Shown: piece by piece, positions 54,501-64,000 of the stretch
Numbering within the stretch: position 1 is the stretch's first letter
Layout of the letters: the number at the start of each line of letters is the position of its first letter
Assembly (NCBI RefSeq): GCF_963506605.1
Contig: NC_083277.1
Span: 17,794,001 to 17,858,000, forward strand
Length of the DNA: 64,000 nt
Source of the DNA: Zootoca vivipara
Taxonomy: Eukaryota
Reading direction: 5' to 3'
Translations under genes and position numbers: made by a program
The notes under the pieces: model-generated
Told to the model about the DNA's origin: nothing
Seen by the model: only the letters and a program-made list of their open reading frames with translations
The model's database searches: none

Positions 54501-57500
54501 CAGCAGTACAAGGCCACGCCATGCTGGATCCGGATGTTTCCTGAAAGACACAAGGGAGCGAGGCAGCTCCTCCTCTTTTCTAAAATGTAATTCTGCAGGA
54601 GTATGCTGCTTATTATGCGGGTATAAAAGATAAAAAAGCACTTGATGCACAATATAAGATATTTCCGCAATAGGAGCGTTCTTTCCACTAAGTTGTGGAA
54701 AAAGCAGAGATTTAAAAGTTGAATGCTCAGCAATTGCTTGTCCTGTAGAATTAAAAGGAATACCATGAGTTAATTTCACATTCCACAATGTACAGAAATC
54801 AGAAAATCGCTTAGAAATATACGCAGGGCCATTATCCGTTTTGATGCTGCTAGGCTTTCCCATGACCGAAAAACAGCGCAGAGTGTGCTGTATTACGTGC
54901 CTGGCTGTCTCCCCTTTTAAGGGCGTCGCCCAGATGAAGCCCAAAGACGTGTCCACCGTGAGGTGCAGTCTTGAAAAAAGAGGCTAACAACGGGGTGAGA
55001 GTGACATCCATTTGCCAAATTGAGAGAGGGGCAATCCCTCTGGGATTGACAGCATCAAAAGGAAACATGGTAGGGGCTTTAGAACAAGAAAAACATTGCG
55101 AGACAATGTCTCGTGCCTGAGAAATTGATGTTTGAAAAGACTTGGCTAGAACCCTGGCAGATTGATGAAAGGTGGCATGGCTCAGCAGAGGGTCAAAAAA
55201 CAAAGAAAAGACCTGCTCTTGCTTCAAAGCAGCATCTGCTACAGCATCTTGTAGCAGACGCTGCAAAGAGAGAAACAATTGCAACAAAATCATCATCCAG
55301 AGCAGGATAATGTATGCCACTGACAAGAATGTCAAAAATCTGGAGACATACTGAATATCAACAATCAGGTTAAACTTCACATTCTGAAACAGATCAAAAG
55401 CCAAAATCACCACAGCCAATTCAGAACGCTGAGCGGATTCCTGCTCCGTTGTAAATCTTGTCTTCCAGGCCCCCTCCTCCCTCCACACAACCACCCCCCT
55501 TGTCTTGGTCCCATCTGTGAAGAGGGTGAGAGCAAAGGGGATAGGGGAGGGGGAGCACAGGGAACGGAGGTAATAGGAGACAGAGGAAAGAAAGATCAAT
55601 GCCACAGCACATTGTCTTCCCTTGATAACAACGTCCATAACAGCTGCTGGAGAAGTATGTACGTTCTGCAGTGATGCATGGGGCAAGTGTAGCCATTCAA
55701 CAAGACAAACGCGAGACTGAGAAAATTCTGCAGGCTGGTAGAGAACAGCTGTGGGCAGCAATTTTGTGGCAAAAACAGCCAATGACAATAGTCCTGTGGA
55801 ATCCAGGCGATCCACCATAGATTTTTGCAAATGGTGATTAATCGTTGCCAGGGCTGATTCCATATCCAGTATGATGTCTGCCGGTTGCTTATGTCCTTTC
55901 AGGGCATTGTACAAAGGTGATAGTACACACGTTGGCAAGTCTATGTATGATTTTGCCCAATTCGAATGTCCTAACAGCAGTTGTAGATCCACCAGCCAGA
56001 GTACCGCTGGAAAATGCAGCTGCAGTATCAGGGGTGCTGCTGCTTGTTGCGTATCCTTGTGTTCCAGGTATGTGATAGGCAGGGTGCGTTGAATTTTTTC
56101 CAGGGCGATTTTAAGCCCTGCAGAGGTGAGATCCTCTGTCAGCTGGTGCACCCATGTTTCAGGAATGTCTTTAGCGGCAAGCAATTTTGCTGTGTGGGAT
56201 TCAGAGCCGATTGATTGACAGGCTTTTAACATGTCGGCTATTGCCACATCAGGTGTAGCCACCAGCGGGCGCAAAGATTGTTTACAGTCTTCATTGGCAT
56301 TATCAAAGGCTAATTGTCTGATGATTACTCCTTGCGCTGCTGTATCTTGAACCTGGCGTCTAAGGGTATTGTACAGTCTATTTATGAAAGCGCCATAAGG
56401 TTCAGTGGGTCCTTGCTGCACGCTCCCCCATCGCTCCCCTTTTTTTAACTTCACAGGAGGAACAGACATCAAAGCCTCCTGGGCAGCTGAAATTGTGGCG
56501 TCCCAGTACTGAGGATCCAGAGCCAATTGCTGCGCAGTTGTTAAAAAATTCCCAGCTCCTGTGAGACCATCCAGGACGTCTCCAGGTGTTAACATAACAG
56601 GGGGAGGGAGGGGGGGTGCCCCTGCTGCCAAGGCTGCAACGGCATTGGCATGTGCTGCCTGTGCAGCATTATTCAAATTTGTTTGGATATCATGGACCCG
56701 GCGTTGACAAGCCCAGGTCCAACTTTGCATAAAAATTATCATTTGATTTGGCTTGAGCACTGTTCTAGCCAGTAATTTAATATCCTCTGGCAATAATTGC
56801 TGTTGAAAAATAGTGCCAAAGAGACCAAGAGTATACGGGGAATGCAATCCATTGTCTCTTACTGACTGATACAATTCTTTGATGTATCGGAGTTGAAATT
56901 GCTCGTGCCGTGGTGCCCCGCCCCCAGGTCCCGCAGGCACAATCACAGTAGACTCAAAAGCCAGCAAAGGAGCTGCTGCTTTAAGAGATTCCTGGAGCTT
57001 TGTAGTATTCCCCCCCTCCTGCTTCACAGTGGGCATGGTACTTTGAAATGCAGGCAAAACCTGAGAGACATAAGCTGGAGGGGGTGGGGTGGCAGACAAA
57101 GAAAGTTGCTGTTTTCCTGGCGGAGTTAAATTAGGTGGGTCCGGACCAGGAGGGATGGGGGCAGGCAATGCCGGAGAAACAGAAGGCTTCAGTGGGGGAG
57201 GCATGCATGCGGGTGGTGCAGAGGGGAGGCTTGAAGCAGCTGCCAGAAAGATATTCTTTGGCATGACTAGTGCCAAGCATGCTCTTATTTTCCCCCACGT
57301 AATTAAGACACGTACTCCAATGCTGGGATGAGCATGAAAATGTTCACCAAGTTTGTCCCAAAAATCTAATTCCCAAGTTCCATCCTCCGGAAACCATGGA
57401 CAGTGCTCATAAGCAGTATGAATAAAAGTAATAAGATCGTCTTCTGAGGCATGCTGATTGTTAGAAGTCAGCAGGTATTTTAAGTCTTTAAGAAAACGTT

Positions 57501-60500
57501 TCTGTGGCACAGAAAGCGAAGTGCCCATTGTAAATGCAGGAAGAGAAAAATAAGCAATAGCTGGGAGCCAACTCACCGGGGATCCTAAGATGAGGTAGAC
57601 GTCTGAACCCTTGCCGGGCGGGTGAGTAGCTGATGCAGGACCACGACGTGCGTCCTTTCAACAATGGCGTAGAACTTTTTAGCCTCACACGGGGCACCAC
57701 TTGTCGGAGAACCAGCCGACTCTTAGGTGCGAGGAAATCATGAGACGAGAGTCAGGAGTTTCAGATAGAGAGCATGAGCAGAGTGCTGAGCGAAGTGCGC
57801 TGACTGCCTCTCAGCCTCAGCTCCTTTATTATGGATGGTTTCCTTGTAAAAAACATTAACCTTTAACCTATACATGACTCATGCAAACAAGGAAGATGTG
57901 TAAACAGACAGGCTGGCGCCAGTGGTCACTTGATTGATTACCCCCAATAAACCTGTGCCTTACACAGAGAACTCCATTTGTACATTCCCACAGAGTGTTT
58001 CCTGTGTACATTCCCACACCTATGATGTAAGTAATAGGCCCCGCCTGCTTGCTAAAATATCACTGGTTTTCTCTTTTCTAGATATAGGGTGCCTACATTC
58101 TGCATGGACTGGTGACATGGTAACATGTGCAAATGGCTTTAGATACCTATTCAGTCCATAAGTTACCATATAGCATATATTCAACACAAAAAACAGCGAC
58201 AATTTGTTGTTGACAAAGGACAGCTGGACATATAAAGGGCCCAATTACCTTCAGTAGCGTAGGGCCTCATCAAATCTAAATCCGGCCCTGCTCCCACCAA
58301 GTCAGAAGCATTGGTCCATTTTGCTTGGTAATGACAGTGGTTCTCCAGGATTTCAGGATGGAGTTTCAGCCTAGGGCTGCCACATTTCAAAAAAGTAAAA
58401 ACCAGGACACCCTGAGCTGTTGACTCCCAAATTGTTAATTTTTTTTAAAAAAATGCCGAAAAACCACAATTTTTCTATTATTATTATTATTATTATTTGA
58501 ATTTATATACCGCCCTATACCTGGGGGTCTCAGGGTGGTTCACACAATAAAATCAAGATATAAAATCAAATACATAATAAAAATAAAAACAACAACCCAA
58601 TAGCTCCCCCCTCCAAATTGCATTCTCTAAGATCCAGGACAGCGCACTGCCTTTTGGAAATTCCCCAGACGTTGATTCTGCAGACATATGGCAGCCCTAG
58701 TCTCAACCAACTTTACCATGGATGGTTACCCGTAATGAATGCTTTACTTGAGATTCCTGGAATAGATGGCCCTTGGGGTCCATTCCAATTCTAGATTTGT
58801 ATGATTCTACCTGGAGATGTCGGGGATTGAACTTGGGTCCTTCTGCTTGCAAGGCAGATGCTCTACCACCAAGCCACGGACAGGCCCATTCTTGTTGCGG
58901 TATAACAGGCATCCCCAAACTTCAGCCCTCCAGATGTCTTGGACTACAACTCCCATCTTCCCTGACCACTGTCCTGTTAGCTAGGTATCATGGGAGTTGT
59001 AGGCCAAAACATCTGGAGGGCCGCAGGTTGGGGATGCCTGCGGTACAACCTTGCATAGACACTGAACCTCAGAGGAAGGAAGCCGTTATTATCATAATAG
59101 TGAAAACGCTGATAATAATAATGCAACATTATGGTGTTGATGATGATGACATTGAGACCAACCTACCAATATTATTAGTGCTAGTAGCAGCAACTGTAGT
59201 ATTGTTCCTTCCCATCTGAAGAATCTTGTCGGTTAGTCCCCTCCCCCCTTGCCTTTGAAACTATGTGTGATGTTGAAAGTATGTTTGAAGTTGGAGAAAT
59301 AAAATGCTGGGTTAATGCCATAATATTTTATTTCCATTGCTCCATAATCTGGGTGGGTTTCTTTTGTTCCCGTGTTGATTATGGAATATCAGTAATTTTT
59401 TTTTGTATTTCACTATCGGTTAAATTGGATGTAACCTGTTGCTTGTGTGTGAAGCAACATGGGGCATTAGTTACTAACGACAACACTATTTCAAAATAAG
59501 TTTCTATTTGTTTAGAAAGAAATCCAGAGCCGTCTGCAGAGCTTAAAGGAAGAGAAAGAGAAACTCCTGGGGTTAAAACTGGCTGGAGAAAATAGACACC
59601 AGGAATATCTGGTTAGTATAGAATCCTGTGGTATAGCCTAGCAAGGAATGTGGGCATTAGTTTATCTTTATTTAATGTGCTTTTACATCCTGGAACTTGA
59701 AGATATAATCCAGGGCTTTAATCAGCAGACCAAGCAGGAAACAGTGATGGCCGCCAACTTGGAAGGCTTTAAAAGTGGGCTAACAAAATTCACGTAGGAT
59801 AAGACTATCAGTGGTTGGCATCACTAGGGAACAGGGAGGATATATAGACCTTGTAGTGTTCCAAATGCAGCTCTTTTCCCATGGCAACATTTCACTACAC
59901 GTATAAGGAGGGCCATGCTGGATCAGACAAAAGACCTATCCTTTCTACCAGGCAGGTTCTCTGATGTTCTACGGTAGTTGCTTCTGAATTTTAGCTTTTC
60001 ATTTTGTTGCTTTGATTATATTTGCATTTTGATCTGTGCAATCCCCTGCCCCAAATGCAGATGACACCAAATTGAGAGGGGTAGTTAATGCCATGGAAGA
60101 CAGAATCAGGGTTCAAGATGACCTTAACAGATTGGAGAACTATTGGGCCCAAACTAACAAAATGAATTTGAATAGGGACAAATTTAAGATTCTACACTTA
60201 CGGTAAGCAGAAAGAACCAGCTGCACAAATATAAGATAGGGGACACCTGGCTTACTAGCAGTACATGTGAAACGGATGTAGGGGTCTTAATAGACCATTA
60301 GCTGAACATGAGTCAACAGTGTGATGCAGCAGCAAAAAAAGAAAAGAAAAAAGAAAGGCTAATGCTATTCTAGGCTGGATCAACAGAAGTATTGTGTCCA
60401 GATCAAGGGAAGTAATCTCTGTTCTGCCTTAGTCAGACCACACCTGGATTACAGTGTCCAGTTCTGGGTACCACAATTTAAGAGGGATGTTGACAAGCTG

Positions 60501-63434
60501 GGACATGTGCAGAGGAGGGCAACCAGAATGATCAAGGGTCTAGAAACAAGGCCTTCTGAGGAACAGTTGAGGGAGTTGGGTATGTTTAGCCTGGAAAAGA
60601 GGAGACTGAGAGGAGATATGATAGCCATCTTCAAATATCTACCGGTAAGGCGCTCTCATGTTGTGCCTTCAAATTGCGCTGCTGACTTTTAAAAATCAAA
60701 ACTTAGTATATTTTGGTTTTCCAAAAGAGTTCCAGTATTTCAGATTAATTTCTGCTTATTTGAGGGGTGTTTGCTGATCTTCCCAATGCCCTGACCCATC
60801 TTTCTCCCACTTTCCTCCCTATGTTACAGAAGCAAACAGAAGCCGAGAGGCAGAAATTGATGTCCGAATTTGAGCTGGTGCATCACTTTCTGGAGGAGCA
60901 AGAAAAACTCCTGCTGCATCAGCTGAATGAGCTGGAGAAGGAGATTATGAAGCATCAGAAAGAACATGGGGGAAAGTTTTCTGATGAGATTGTCTCTCTC
61001 AGTGCCCTGATAGATGAGATAGAAGAAAAATGCACACAGCCAGACAGCGAATTCTTGCAGGTGAGATGAGGTGGTTGTTGGGTGGGGTAGAACTGAAAAA
61101 AGGACACAACAAACTGAAGAATAAGCCTAAAGCTGTCCTTAACATAACCAAATCCTTATACTTATTGCCCAGTAAGTAATACACAGGGTCCAGCTGAGTG
61201 TATGGTACTTCATGCAGACCAGAAAAGAGCTATACAAATAGCAAACACTATTGTTAGAGGTATCTTTCTACTGCAGTTGGAATGGCTTGCTCAGTAATGC
61301 CTGTCTCCCTGTCTCAGCAACTGAATGCATAATTTCATTCCAGTTAACTCATTTCCCCACTGCCCTGCTTTCTTCTCCCAACGATTAGAAGGTGCGCAGT
61401 TTCTAAACTACGCTGTCTCTGTTTCTCAGATATAAGTGGCTATAATGAGAATCTCCTGTTATGCTCATGTTGATGCAGAGTTCCTGTCTTTCTCTTCCCT
61501 GTCCACCTACGCTCCTCTCTCTCTAGGATATCAGAAGCACCTTGGGCAGGTATGTGGCACTGACATCCACTGAAGGCATGCATTTGCATATATATATATA
61601 TATATGCCCTCAAGATTGTGCTGCTTCATTCCGGTTTGCAGATAGTTTGCTTTTTCAAAATATTAAAGCTGTGGTATACTGTGACAGACCATCTTGCCCA
61701 GAGATGGGGAACCAGGTGTTGCTGGACTCCAGCTCCCATCAGGCCCAGCCTGTGTACCTAACTGTCGGGGATGATGGGAGTTGTAGTCCAGCAACATCTG
61801 CAGGACAACATGTTCCACCATCCCTGATCTAACCAGGACTGTCAACTCTGAATGTGAAGGGTTGCCCAGGATCTCAGGCAGAGTTCTTTCCCGCGATTGC
61901 CACCTGCGACCCTTTAAGTGGAGATGCCATGGGCTGGGCCGGGTCTTTTGTACATGTGGATCTCTGGCCCTTCCCACTTTTGTTAGCAGCTCCTCCCAGT
62001 CTCCAAGCTGAGATGGGCTTTCTATTTCTTCCATATTCATACACACTTTGGATACTCTTGGACTTTGGTTTGTATCACTGTGATGCGGGTGGCGCTGTGG
62101 TCTGTACCGACCGGAAGGTTGGTGGTTTGAATCCCTGCGGCGGGGTGAGGTCCCGTTGCTCGGTCCCTGCTCCTGCTAACCTAGCAGTTTGAAAGCACGT
62201 CAAAGTGCAAGTAGATAAATAGGTACCGCTGCAGCGGGAAGGTAAATTGCGTTTCCGTGCGCTCTGGTTTCCGTCACTGTGTCCCGCTGCGCCAGAAGCA
62301 GTTTAGTCATGCTGGCCACATGACCCGGAAAACTCTCTGTGGACAAACGCTGGCACCCTCGGCCTGAAAGCAAGATGAATGCCGCAACCTCATGGTCGCC
62401 TTTGACTGGACTTAACCGTCCAGGAGTCCTTTACCTTTTTTTACCTTCCAGGATGCCTTTTTAAACAATGGACAGAGGCACTGTGCTCTCTCTTAACAGC
62501 TTCACAAAAGACTGTTGTGGGGAGTCCAGGATATGCTTTTCCTGGCATAGCAATAATAACAAGCAAAATGTGGGATTTAGTCTCTTATGTGGCCTTTTGC
62601 AAAATCACATTGAACAGAATAGTCATAAGACCAATGAATGCACTGAAGAAAAACATTTCCCCAGGTACAAAATCCTGCAATATCACTTATCAGAAAATAG
62701 GATGCTCTTACAGAGAAACTGCAGTCATCTCACTGCTTCTCCCAGGGAGCTAAATGTACTCATACTGTACAGCTCCACCTCTGAGAGACACATACTACTA
62801 TTTCACCTGTTTTATCACAGGGCCAGCTTCCAGGGCTGAATCTTGGATCAGCACTGACTCAGATTTAAGTACAACTTTTGCCTATAAAACGGGATGCAGG
62901 TGGCGCTGTGGATTAAACCACAGAGCTTGGGCTTGCCAATCATAAGGTCGTCGGTTCGAATCCCCGCAACGGGATGAGCTCCCATTGTTCGGTCCAGCTC
63001 CTGCCAACCTAGCAGTTCGAAAGCACGTCAAAAGTGCAAGTAGATAAACAGGTACCGCTCCGGCAGGAAGGTAAACGGCATTTCTGTGTGCTGCTCTGGT
63101 TCGCCAGAAGCGGCTTTGTCATGCTGGCCACATGACCTGGAAGCTGTACGCCGGCTCCCTCGGCTAATAAAGCAAGATGAGTGCCGCAACCCCAGAGTCG
63201 TCCGCAACTGGACCTAACGGTCAGGGGTCCCTTTACCTTGCCTGTAAAACCAAGTGTCACGCAGCCTTAATTGGGCATCTGCAGAATGGGGGGGAAACTG
63301 ACACATTTCTTTTCCAAGGTTTGACAAGGAGCCCTTTCAGTCACCTGAAGAGATGCCATCCAAGGTGGAAAAAAGACTCGGTGAATTATCGGAGAAAAAC
63401 AGCGTGCTCACAAATATCCTGAACAACTTCAAAG
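51514..63434 (+). CDS. TRIM27/TRIM39-like class IV TRIM ('TRIM-D'), partial (3' exons beyond window). Exons 51514-51936, 59516-59611, 60830-61060, 61527-61549, 63319-63434
   Basis: Kozak GCCGCCATGG in a CpG island; [21 protein letters not shown]; B-box [15 protein letters not shown]; exons of 96/231/23/116 bp, GT-AG and in phase. Confidence 0.88.
52181..52590 (+). mobile_element. Short L1-like 3' fragment
   Basis: 13-bp TSD CTACATACAGCAA (52168-52180, 52591-52603); [10 protein letters not shown] terminal peptide; AATAAA plus A-rich tail. Confidence 0.7.
52636..52964 (-). repeat. ERV 3' LTR (329 bp)
   Basis: Preceded on the minus strand by the PPT; contains AATAAA, an AP-1 site TGACTCA and a duplicated TGTGGGAATGTACA. 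Confidence 0.95.
53002..54220 (-). pseudogene. env: ERV env (gamma-type), frameshifted
   Basis: SU CWIC; [15 protein letters not shown]; degenerate furin site RNKH; [13 protein letters not shown] (CX6CC); hydrophobic anchor; at least two frame breaks. Confidence 0.85.
54036..54956 (-). pseudogene. pol: ERV integrase core/C-terminus (frameshifted from upstream ORF) running into env SU N-terminus
   Basis: [24 protein letters not shown]; WVPARCVRP; then [10 protein letters not shown]. Confidence 0.85.
54850..57528 (-). CDS. gag-pol: ERV Gag(MA-CA)-Pol(RT thumb/connection, RNase H, IN N-terminus) in-frame deletion fusion, 892 aa
   Basis: MG myristoylation start; beta-type [11 protein letters not shown]; PSAP and PPAY late motifs; [17 protein letters not shown]; then [41 protein letters not shown]. 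No CCHC knuckles, protease motif or YxDD. Confidence 0.85.
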   Translation of the reverse strand: MGTSLSVPQKRFLKDLKYLLTSNNQHASEDDLITFIHTAYEHCPWFPEDGTWELDFWDKLGEHFHAHPSIGVRVLITWGKIRACLALVMPKNIFLAAASSLPSAPPACMPPPLKPSVSPALPAPIPPGPDPPNLTPPGKQQLSLSATPPPPAYVSQVLPAFQSTMPTVKQEGGNTTKLQESLKAAAPLLAFESTVIVPAGPGGGAPRHEQFQLRYIKELYQSVRDNGLHSPYTLGLFGTIFQQQLLPEDIKLLARTVLKPNQMIIFMQSWTWACQRRVHDIQTNLNNAAQAAHANAVAALAAGAPPLPPPVMLTPGDVLDGLTGAGNFLTTAQQLALDPQYWDATISAAQEALMSVPPVKLKKGERWGSVQQGPTEPYGAFINRLYNTLRRQVQDTAAQGVIIRQLAFDNANEDCKQSLRPLVATPDVAIADMLKACQSIGSESHTAKLLAAKDIPETWVHQLTEDLTSAGLKIALEKIQRTLPITYLEHKDTQQAAAPLILQLHFPAVLWLVDLQLLLGHSNWAKSYIDLPTCVLSPLYNALKGHKQPADIILDMESALATINHHLQKSMVDRLDSTGLLSLAVFATKLLPTAVLYQPAEFSQSRVCLVEWLHLPHASLQNVHTSPAAVMDVVIKGRQCAVALIFLSSVSYYLRSLCSPSPIPFALTLFTDGTKTRGVVVWREEGAWKTRFTTEQESAQRSELAVVILAFDLFQNVKFNLIVDIQYVSRFLTFLSVAYIILLWMMILLQLFLSLQRLLQDAVADAALKQEQVFSLFFDPLLSHATFHQSARVLAKSFQTSISQARDIVSQCFSCSKAPTMFPFDAVNPRGIAPLSIWQMDVTLTPLLASFFKTAPHGGHVFGLHLGDALKRGDSQARNTAHSALFFGHGKA
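57682..57699 (-). other. ERV primer-binding site complementary to elongator tRNA-Met
   Basis: TGGTGCCCCGTGTGAGGC is the reverse complement of GCCTCACACGGGGCACCA, the 3' end of vertebrate tRNA-Met(e) as recalled. Confidence 0.85.
57702..58018 (-). repeat. ERV 5' LTR (317 bp)
   Basis: Direct repeat of 52636-52964, differing only by a 12-bp indel. Confidence 0.95.
60050..60640 (+). mobile_element. CR1 LINE RT fragment
   Basis: GCAGATGACACCAAATT (ADDTK) and [32 protein letters not shown] motifs. Another CR1 3' piece at ~15800-16100. Confidence 0.8.
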
Positions 63435-64000
63435 GTACCGATGATCTGCTTTAAAAGTTGCAAGTAGAACTTGGGGCTAAAGGGTGCAATGTAAAGCGCT
63501 CCTGTTCAGGATTCCTGTCAGCCACGCCCACTTCCAGAATACTCCAGGCTGCCCACCCCCAGTTTTCCATCCCCCACAAAAAAAGACATTCAGCATTCCG
63601 TGGCCATGAGTACCATACCTCACTGGGCTGTTTTTTGGTGTGGGAGTGCCCCATTAATTCACCTGCCCCCTCTCACTATCCCTTGAAACATTGGATTTCC
63701 TCCTGAGCTTGTTGATGCCTCCCCTGTTATTTTGTCTCCCCTATGTTTCTTAGTCACCTTATTTGGGTTGAAGTTCTGTCAGTTCTTGTCAGCTGAGTTT
63801 GCTACCAGAGTGAATGATCGAAAAAGTATAAATCCATTCTCAGTTGGAAGGTATTTTTAAAAGTATGTATTGCAAAGTGTCAAAAAGTGCATTCTGTGTG
63901 CATTTATTTTTAGATCCTTTCTGAGCTTTTCACAGATATGACTGAGTTTATTATTCAGTCTACCTTAATTTCTCTTTTTCTGGCAATCCTGTCCATTCCC

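Larger units (their letters stand above)
52636..58018 (-). mobile_element. Defective endogenous retrovirus (class II gag/pol, gamma-type env)
   Basis: TG...CA LTRs at 57702-58018 (5') and 52636-52964 (3'); 6-bp TSD CCTATG; PBS 57682-57699; PPT AAAAGAAAGAGGTGA at 52965-52979; splice donor CG|GTGAGT at 57577/57576. Confidence 0.96.
52043..58290. mobile_element. hAT MITE expanded by two nested insertions (L1 3' fragment and ERV)
   Basis: TIRs CAGTGCTGGATTTA / TAAATCCGGCCCTG; perfect 8-bp TSD CTCCCACC (52035-52042, 58291-58298). Confidence 0.88.

Noticed and set aside
63750-63960. Candidate TRIM-D exon 6
   Set aside because: Several possible acceptors but no confident donor or frame.

Overview
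Vertebrate genomic DNA, most likely a lacertid-type lizard (inferred from Sauria-SINE, BovB/RTE, CR1/L2 and hAT MITE content). The window is a class-IV TRIM (RING/B-box/coiled-coil/PRY-SPRY) gene cluster. It holds TRIM41 (minus; last exon off-window), tRNA-Val(CAC), tRNA-Lys(CTT), a 10-finger C2H2 ZNF gene, two complete TRIM27/39-like genes (minus) and a fourth TRIM (plus; 3' end off-window) head-to-head with the third. This arrangement resembles the extended-MHC TRIM region of chicken. The most unusual element is a 5.4-kb class-II-type ERV with a gamma-type env, nested in a hAT MITE in intron 1 of the fourth TRIM. Its LTRs have no substitutions and it has an elongator tRNA-Met PBS. It is heavily deleted internally, yet keeps one open 892-codon Gag(MA-CA)-to-Pol fusion frame lacking NC, PR and the RT active site. 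Also present are a near-intact L1 ORF2 with one nonsense codon, ISRE-like motifs at three TRIM 5' ends, and many nested TEs with recoverable TSDs. Exon boundaries, alignments and family assignments were made by eye; no searches were run.
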